In this document: piece by piece, positions 56,341 to 64,000 of the stretch
Numbering within the stretch: the first letter of the stretch is position 1
Layout of the letters: every line of letters starts with the position of its first letter
Source: the human T2T-CHM13v2.0 reference genome, Homo sapiens
Reading direction: 5' to 3' (one strand)
Assembly: GCF_009914755.1 (NCBI RefSeq)
Contig: NC_060930.1
Length of the DNA: 64,000 nucleotides
Position numbers and translations under genes: made by a program
The notes under the pieces: model-generated
The model's database searches: none
Seen by the model: the letters and a program-made list of their open reading frames with translations, nothing else
Told to the model about the DNA's origin: nothing

Positions 56341-56850
56341 GCCAGGCAGGGTGGCTCATGCCTGTAATCCCAGCACTTTGGGAGGCCAAGCCAGGCAGAT
56401 CACCTAAAATCAGGAGTTCAAGACCAGCTTGGCCAATATGGATAAACCCCGTCTCTACTAAAAAAATACAAAAATTAGCCGGGCATGGTGGCACTTGCCT
56501 GTAATCCCAGCTACTTGGGATGCTGAGGCAAGGAGAATCACTTAAACCTAGGAGGCAGAGGCTGCAGTGAACTGAGACTATGCCACTCCACTCTAGGCTG
56601 GGTGACAAAGCAACATTCCATCTTAAAAAAATAATAACACCAGCCTGGCCAACATGGTGAAACACCATCTCTACTAAAAATACAAAAATTAGCTGGGCAT
56701 GGTGGCAGACACCTGTAATCCCAGCTACTCAGGAGCCTGAGGCAGAAGAATCTTTGAACCTAGGAGGCAGAGCTGGCAGTGAGCTGAGATTGCACCACTG
56801 CACTGTAGCCTGGGTGACAGGGAGAGACTCCATCTCAAATAACAATACTA
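56341..56850 (+). mobile_element. AluS (56341-56635) followed by a 5'-truncated Alu (56640-56850)
   Basis: Alu motifs. Confidence 0.88.
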
Positions 56851-57650
56851 ATAATAAGAAAATGAACTTTACAGGGTCTTATATGATTGTGAAGTTCTAT
56901 TATATTATAATTAGTACTGCAAATTGCACAGAAATGTAACTGATGTACATACAGGAAAATATGACATTAACACTGACAAATTTTAGCCTTTCTGCATACT
57001 ATTCAAATAGTAGCCTTGATTTAACCACACATACACAGGCAACTTTTTTCAAAGGCATACACTGAGATAGTAGTAAATAATACCAGATGTCTTTAAAATA
57101 AATTGTGATTTTATTTGGGGAAGATCTCAAATCTGACCCCTGTAAGATCATACTTTCTATGTACTTGTTGGTACACTATATAGTATATATCCATTTCACA
57201 GTTACATAGTTGCCTGCAAGTACTTATAATTAAAATAAAACAAGTATGTAATCTCTGAATAACCAATAGCTTCTTCATATTATAAAGATAATAGCTAAAA
57301 CTCAAGACAATTCAGAAATCCCATTTTATTATTTCTCCATACTCACCCGACTCGACCTGCCAACAGTAAATATTGATATGTAACATTTTGGAATTTGCAA
57401 GGCAAAGGTGAAATTTTTTTTCTTTGTTTTTATTTTGTAGTTGCCCCCACTAAAAATTGTATATATATAAAATGGTATACTTCCGAAGATAAGGTAGTCT
57501 GTAAATCAGGCCATGGAAACAAGGGTCATGAAAGGGGCAGAGAAATTTGTTACTCTTCTTTTCCCACACAGGAAAACAGAAAATGAAACCACTGAATTTG
57601 ATGAGTATCTGACAATAATGTAACCCAACTGATGGAATTTTTTAATTCAG

Positions 57651-57674
57651 ACACACACACACACACACACACAC
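57651..57674. repeat. (CA)n microsatellite
   Basis: Direct reading. Confidence 0.9.
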
Positions 57675-57932
57675 GCCCCTAGAGTAGTGGAAAATAAGAC
57701 AAATGCTCTAGAGTTCAGTTTAGTTAATGGGAGAAAATAATAGATGCATTAAAATTTTTCTATTGATAATAATTGTTCTCAACTATTAAATGTCATGAAA
57801 GCACATTTTCAGAGATAAGTTGATGTTTTGAATTAGAGGGATTTTTGCATGGAGATGTAATTTCAGAAGGAATTGGAAGTATTAGAAAGATTCTCACAGG
57901 GAATTGTTCCTGAACAAAGTTGTAAAAAATAC

Positions 57933-57972
57933 TAATAATAATAATAATAATAATAAAGAAGAAGAAGAAGAA
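57933..57972. repeat. (AAT)n(GAA)n compound microsatellite
   Basis: Direct reading. Confidence 0.9.
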
Positions 57973-58120
57973 ATAGAAAGATTACATTGTTATAGTGTCT
58001 GTGAGTGCCAGCAGAGAGTATTATGAAAAGGGGCTAAGATGCTACAGGGCTTTCCCTTGAACCTATGAGAAGCCAGTGACTTTTTTCATAAGGCATATTT
58101 GGTTTTTGTTTTTGAAAATG

Positions 58121-58474
<354 letters not shown>

Positions 58475-59481
58475 CTAGAGAAATTAGGGAAATAGTAAGC
58501 ATTGGAATAATCCCAGCTATGAGAGAATGAAGAGAGAATGTAGACGGGAGAATATGTCAGAATTATTGAGGATTCTTTAAAAATCAACCTGATTTAGTGA
58601 CTGTGTTAACAGGGATGATTGAGGCCTCCCCACAATACCATGAAATTCTGCATCCTCCAGTTAAAGTAGTGACTTCAGGTTGATCCTAAAAATTACCTTT
58701 GTGTCAGACCTATGCCATACACATAAGTACTCTCCAACAGCTAAGATAATATGAAAATGCCCTTCATAACTTCCATGCTAAGACACTGTTAGTTTTCTTT
58801 ACCAATCTCAAGATATTCATTATAACTGCTACCAAAATTTTAAGATATGGAGAAAGATTTAAACAAGTTCAGATTTCCTTGAAAACAAGTGCATGTCCTC
58901 CGTGGCAAATGAATATGAACATGAATTTATATAAATCAGAGCAACTCTGGAAGATCATTGATTGAATCATCACATTTAATTGCTTCTCTTGCATTCCAAA
59001 CACATTGTGAAATGGATACTTCACAACGGGCCGGAAACAGAAATACATAAATTCTGCTTATTTCTCAATGAGCCTAAAAAGGAACCGGAAAATACCACTC
59101 CTTTTCCAGTTGATGTAACAGAATTGAAGCAGCGTTAAGAATGATTCCAGAAATCAAGAAACTTGTTTGAGACCTAGGTCCACCATTTACTGACAGCAAA
59201 TGGTCATTTCTTGCCATTTCACCTTTCTAAGCCCCAAGTTTCTTAACAGTAAATCAAGCATTTTAGCTATACCTGATATAAATGCATTGTAACTGCCCAA
59301 GTGAGGCAGTTAAGTAAGTGCTTTGTAACAGTAAGAAACTAGAGGTATGTTATAGTCATTTGGACTGCTCTTGCGGAATGCCACATTCCCCACCTAATTC
59401 TCTTATTCCTTATCACTTTTCATCAAAAGCCTAAATCATGTCATTCTGGGTACTAAAGACCTCCCAGATCTCTTCTCCGCA

Positions 59482-60097
59482 TTGGGAATTGGAAAATAAT
59501 ACCCCAAAACGAAGTCCTTAGAAGCAGAAGTGACCTCCTGCTATCCTTTGGCCTCTCATCCTCCATTGAGGCTACACATAATAACTAGAATCCCTCTTCC
59601 CCAAGGTGGTTACTGAAACTAGAACCCCTTTTTCTTCAAAGCCAGCCATAAAACCTAAAAATCTTACTGTAACTTTTCCGCCTCCTTTCTGTGTAAAAGC
59701 TAGCCATAAGAAAGTATATGTCTTACGTTGTTTGGCTGTAGGTCATAAGACCCTCCCTCATTCCAGAGAGGGTCCTCTAGAATGAGGAAGGAATACCCAG
59801 AAGGAAAGAATCTTGCCAGAGGCCAAGAAGAGTCTAGACACAGAGGCCTTGCTATGTTTCCCCAGTCTATTAGCATTAGATGACACCCTTTTTATCCAAT
59901 CACAGTTCTACATGGCAGTTGGTACTTTGTTGAACCTAAGCATAAAAATGGACAGTTTCCCCTGTACCTCTGGGCCTTCATTGTGAAGGTTCCCATGTCA
60001 CATAAACCTATGATGAAGTTTGACTTTTCTATTAATCTGCCTTTTTTCCGTTGATTTTCAGTGAACTTTCGGAGGGTGAAGTTTTGCTCACCCCTAC
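59482..60097 (+). mobile_element. MER39-like ERV1 solo LTR
   Basis: AATACCCCAAAACGAAG...AAAGCCAGCCATAAAACCTAAAAAT...GAGGCCAAGAAGAGTCTAGACA...CCCCTACA. Confidence 0.75.
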
Positions 60098-61555
60098 ATA
60101 CCTGTATTTTTCACTCATTTTCAAAAAGATTATTTTGAATAAATATTTCAAATCCTCCCATTTATTCAGATCCCCTTCTCAATCAAGCCACTCTCATACA
60201 GGGAGGTATTTTGGCTTTCTCTACAAAGAAGAAATTGTGTGATGTAGCCGTGGTTCCCAAAAAATTAAACTCCTGCTTATAACTAGAAAGATGTCACAGG
60301 CTACATCCTTTTCTTTGTGGGGAGGGAGGCAAATAATAATGTAAAATATAATAAAATATTAACTAATAAGCAGAATGTAAACAAAGAAGTAAGATTAAGA
60401 GGTATTATAATCATGAGGGATTTATAGTATTTGGTCCCACTGCAAACTTGTTCAAGAGTTCATGACTTGTTTTGTGCTATGTATTCTGGAGATTCTGGAA
60501 ATCTATAGATGCCTTCTCAAAACCATGTTTTTAAAAAATACTTATACAGGGTAAGAAAGGTAGTGACACTAAATTTTTTTTTCTTAAAGTCTGTATATGT
60601 GCTTTAGTTACACATCAAATAATAAGATCTAGCAGCAAGTATAATGTTGGCTTGAAAGGTTCACAATTAGTGTAAACTATTTCAAGACACCTGTAATAAG
60701 TACAAAGTGATATGAAAATATCTATGATTATCATTGATGTGAAATCCAGTGATTAGCTGCCTGTACTCACAAAGGAAATAAGCAAATTGCATTTAGGATT
60801 TGTGAAAATGTAATTTTTTCCCATCTAGAGTCCCATAACCATCTGTAGAAATCAGATTTTGTCGAGATTTCTCCGTACTGTTAAGTGGGCTTTTCTAAAA
60901 TCAAAAACAAAACAAACAAAAAATAACCTCAGCCTCCCAAATACAATGTAAACAGTAGTACATCCAAGTCAGCCCAACTTCCTATAGCCCATTTATTTGT
61001 CCTGGTAACCCCAATTTCAGGCTTCTTCCTCCCTTCTCCAAGTTTTTTCATTTATTTTTCCCTCTCTATTTCTTATCTAATCACCAAATATGTATTGGAT
61101 AGCTAACTCTAGCTCCCTGGTTCAGCTCAATCTGTGAGAAAGCAATTTGGGAAAAGAAGCAGATTATAAGCTGACAGAGGTTCCTTTCATACTTTTTACT
61201 ATCTCTCAGCATCAGGGTGGTAGCAATACTTGTGCAGATTGACGCAGAATGACAAGGTGAGTAGTCTCCAAAAAGAGAATTCCATTTGGAGAATTCCATC
61301 TGAGGGGGAGGTGGAAAAAAAACAGGCTTTTCGACTACGTCCCAGCATACACAACTGTTAATATCGCAACCTGATTGGTGAAAAATTTTCTCTCGGAAAA
61401 ACCACGCAAATAAAAATCTAAGAATACGTTCTGATTGGTTAATTCAGCAGGCTCTGCAAACCAACAGAAAAAGCAAGTTTTACAAAACTGAGCCAGAGGC
61501 TATGATGAACTATCCCTCCGATTGGCTTAATACAAGAATTGCATTTTTTTCTAAC

Positions 61556-62391
61556 ATTACCTGGACGTGGGAAGCAAGACCACACTCGCGCCAAAAGCAA
61601 GACCTGCTTTGCCACGCGGGCCTACAGTTGCCAGTAGGGCTAATACACCGCGTCCTCCGCAAATACAGCTACTCCGAGCGGGTTGGACCAGCATGCTAGT
61701 GTTACCTGGCGGCAGTGCTAGGAGGTTAAGAGTAGGCAGAAATAAATGAACAAGCAAGAGAGCCCCTGGGAAAATAAGTCCTGGAGACGCTGGCCACTGA
61801 CAGAAAAAGACAATGGGCACACTTTTTATTTTGAGACGGAGTCTCGCTCTATCGCCCAGGCCGGAGTGCAAGTGGCGCGATCTCGGCTTACAACTTCCGC
61901 CTCCCGGGTTCAAGTGATTTTCTACCTCAGCCCCCAAGTAGCTGGAATTACAGGCGCGCGGCACCACGCCTGACTAATTTTTGTATTTTTTTTTAGCAGA
62001 GATGGGGCTTCACCATGTTCTTCAGGCTGGCCTCGAACTCCTGACCTCGTGATGCGCCCGCCTCGGCCTCCCAAAATGCTGGGATTACAGGAGAGCCACC
62101 TCGTCACGCAGTGCAGCCCCCACACTATTTACAAATACAGTACCTGAGGGCCGATATCCCAAAGCTAAGGCTTATCAAAGGCCTGCGAAAAGACAGACAC
62201 CGGGCACCACCAGCAGTTGGCCATTCTCAACGACCAGCTGCACAAGATCGTGGGCCGGAAGCACCTTGGGCATGCCACGTACTGCTCACAACCAGGACGG
62301 GATGTGCTCAGGAAGTCACCTCAACGCTAAAGTAAACTAAAGCATTTACACCACATCCCTGTGCCAGAAATAAAATTTTTTCAGGGCCACT
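61556..62391 (+). pseudogene. H2AC9P: Histone H2A pseudogene interrupted by a 416-bp insertion
   Basis: GGACGTGGGAAGCAA; HAGLQLPVGLIHRVLRKYSYSERVG; resumes at 62141 with TACCTGAGGGCCGATATC; half stem-loop TTTTCAGGGCCAC; ATG lost; upstream ATTGG boxes. Confidence 0.88.
61823..62120 (-). mobile_element. AluS inside the H2A pseudogene insertion
   Basis: TSD-like CACACTTTTT 61818-61827 / CACACTATTT 62121-62130. Confidence 0.9.
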
Positions 62392-62681
62392 TTTAAGCGC
62401 CGCGCTTTAACAGAAATCGGCCGGCCAATCACACACCACCGCGGGAATTTGAAGAAAAAGTAGGACCTGGTGGCTCAAGTAGCCTTAGCTATCCGGTGAC
62501 TGTGGCTGAGACTGAGACGGAAGGATCCTTGCGCCCAGGCTGCTGGGAGCTGTTAATAACTGACCCCCAACCAGCACGACTAGGATAGACCGTGGCCGCA
62601 CAACACCGCAGCACCCGCACCCCTCTCCACCCCACTCCCCCCTCCAAAAAGCTTCAGCTCTTTTGACTGAGACCTGTGGGT

Positions 62682-62697
62682 GGCTCTGAAAAGAGCC
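62682..62697 (-). terminator. H1-3: Histone 3' stem-loop
   Basis: Reverse complement GGCTCTTTTCAGAGCC; HDE AAAAGAGCTG. Confidence 0.97.
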
Positions 62698-62732
62698 GTT
62701 TAAAATTTTCAACGGGGAACGTCCCGCCAGTT

Positions 62733-63398
62733 TCACTTTTTCTTCGGAGCTGCCTTCTTTGCCTTTGTAACCTTCGGCTTCCCCGACTTAGGCTTGGCCG
62801 CCTTGGGCTTAGGGGCTTTGGCCTTAGCTGGACTCTTGGCAGCTTTTTTTGGCTGAGGTGTTTTCACCTTTTTCGCACTCTTGGCCACTTTCTTGGTCCC
62901 AGCAGCGGTTGCTGGCTTCTTTACCTTCTTAGGAGTCTTTTTGATGCTTTTCTTCGGGGTAGCGGCGCCAGCCACCTTCTTGGGCTTCTTGGCTGCCCCA
63001 GCAGGCTTCCTAGGCTTGGCTGCGCCAGCCTTTTTGGCCTTGGGTTTGCCTTCCCCGGAAGCCGCTTTCTTGTTGAGTTTGAAGGAGCCAGAAGCACCGG
63101 TACCTTTGGTCTGCACCAGGGTACCTTTGCTCACCAAGCTCTTGAGGCCAAGCTTGATACGGCTGTTGTTTTTTTCTACATCGTAGCCGGCAGCCGCAAG
63201 CGCTTTCTTAAGCGCGGCCAGAGAAACGCCGCTGCGCTCCTTAGAAGCTGCCACTGCCTTGGTGATAAGCTCAGATACTGGGGGTCCGGATGCTTTGCGT
63301 TTCCCAGCAGTTGCGCCTGCCTTCTTCGCCTTTTTCTTCACAGGTGTTTTTTCTGCGGGTGCAGGAATGGTAGGAGCAAGTGGAGCAGTCTCCGACAT
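62733..63398 (-). CDS. H1-3: Histone H1.3
   Basis: 221-aa [23 protein letters not shown], diagnostic for H1.3. Confidence 0.98.
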   Translation of the reverse strand: MSETAPLAPTIPAPAEKTPVKKKAKKAGATAGKRKASGPPVSELITKAVAASKERSGVSLAALKKALAAAGYDVEKNNSRIKLGLKSLVSKGTLVQTKGTGASGSFKLNKKAASGEGKPKAKKAGAAKPRKPAGAAKKPKKVAGAATPKKSIKKTPKKVKKPATAAGTKKVAKSAKKVKTPQPKKAAKSPAKAKAPKPKAAKPKSGKPKVTKAKKAAPKKK

Positions 63399-63469
63399 GT
63401 TTTTGTCTTCCCAGAAAAGACAATAAGTAATCTCAAACTGTCAGAACAGCATGTCCTCTACGAGGGAGG

Positions 63470-63575
63470 CTGAGGGTTTATATAGAGAGACGCTGAGTGA
63501 TGATTGGTTCCTTGCTCCATGCGCGGCGCTGCTGGAAAAGGACTCCTCGTATCTACCGCGCTGCTGTGTTTGTTG
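63470..63575 (-). promoter_or_regulatory. H1-3: H1 promoter: TATA, CCAAT, AC box
   Basis: Reverse complement TATATAAA near 63477-63484; ATTGG 63503-63507; AAACACA 63565-63571. Confidence 0.85.
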
Positions 63576-64000
63576 CCCCTTAAAAAAGAGTAAAAATATA
63601 AGAAATCTGGGCATGAAATAATTAGAGACTTGGGGGAAACTGATCCGAGAGAGTTCGGGCTTCATTCCTGCCTTTGTTTCTATGCATAGTTTTAAAACCG
63701 GCATCTTGAAACTTTTCTTATTCCCCCAACTCTCTTTCAAACTTCGGTCAAATCGAGACAACTTTCATGTTTTCCTTAAAAATACTATTTCTCCCTCTTT
63801 CATTTGCAAATCTCTCTTCCAGGGCATTGTTCTGTGAATTCTTACCGTCTCAACTTTATATAGATAAACTCATTTTTATCCAAATGTGCAGGGAAATTGG
63901 GTTTTTTCGCAGGAACAATAGCACAGGCTCTCTGGAGAGCTGTTTGCATCAACCTCTAGGAATTGGCACTGAGATAGAAAGTTCTATGTACAAGAGGGGT

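Noticed and set aside
61200-61270. Possible H2B relic divergent from H2AC9P (minus strand ...CTGCACAAGTATTGCTACCACCCTGATGCTG, HPDA)
   Set aside because: Position fits, but similarity is too weak to call by eye; used only as a tentative hint.
62676-63473. 265-aa plus-strand ORF and other ORFs antisense to histone genes (11862-12260, 27461-27778, 45568-45840, 53811-54146)
   Set aside because: Shadow ORFs caused by GC-rich histone codon usage; no independent evidence.

Overview
Human (primate) genomic DNA from the replication-dependent histone gene cluster HIST1 (6p22.2). The assignment rests on the histone proteins and their order and orientation: H2BC6(+), H4C4(-), H1-12P(+), H3C4(-), H2AC7(-)/H2BC7(+), RPS10P1(+), H4C5(+), H2BC8(-)/H2AC8(+), an H3 pseudogene (probably H3C5P,+), H3C6(+), H2AC9P(+) and H1-3(-). 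All ten intact histone genes are intronless and end in the 16-nt stem-loop. Intergenic DNA is dense in Alu, ERV1/MaLR LTRs and old L1/L2/MIR/hAT remnants; nearly all non-histone ORFs in the track are Alu or antisense artefacts. Reading both strands by eye shows further, heavily decayed histone relics that the ORF track misses: an H1 relic (54756-54215,-) and an H2B(-)/H2A(+) relic pair with a recognisable bidirectional promoter (52290-52880). With these, the region looks like repeated copies of one cassette, H2B<- ->H2A ->H3 <-H1, each copy having lost different members. The dead H2A promoter and a splice donor are positioned to feed a spliced transcript into the live H3C6 gene. Gene symbols and repeat subfamily names come from recognition, not from a database search.
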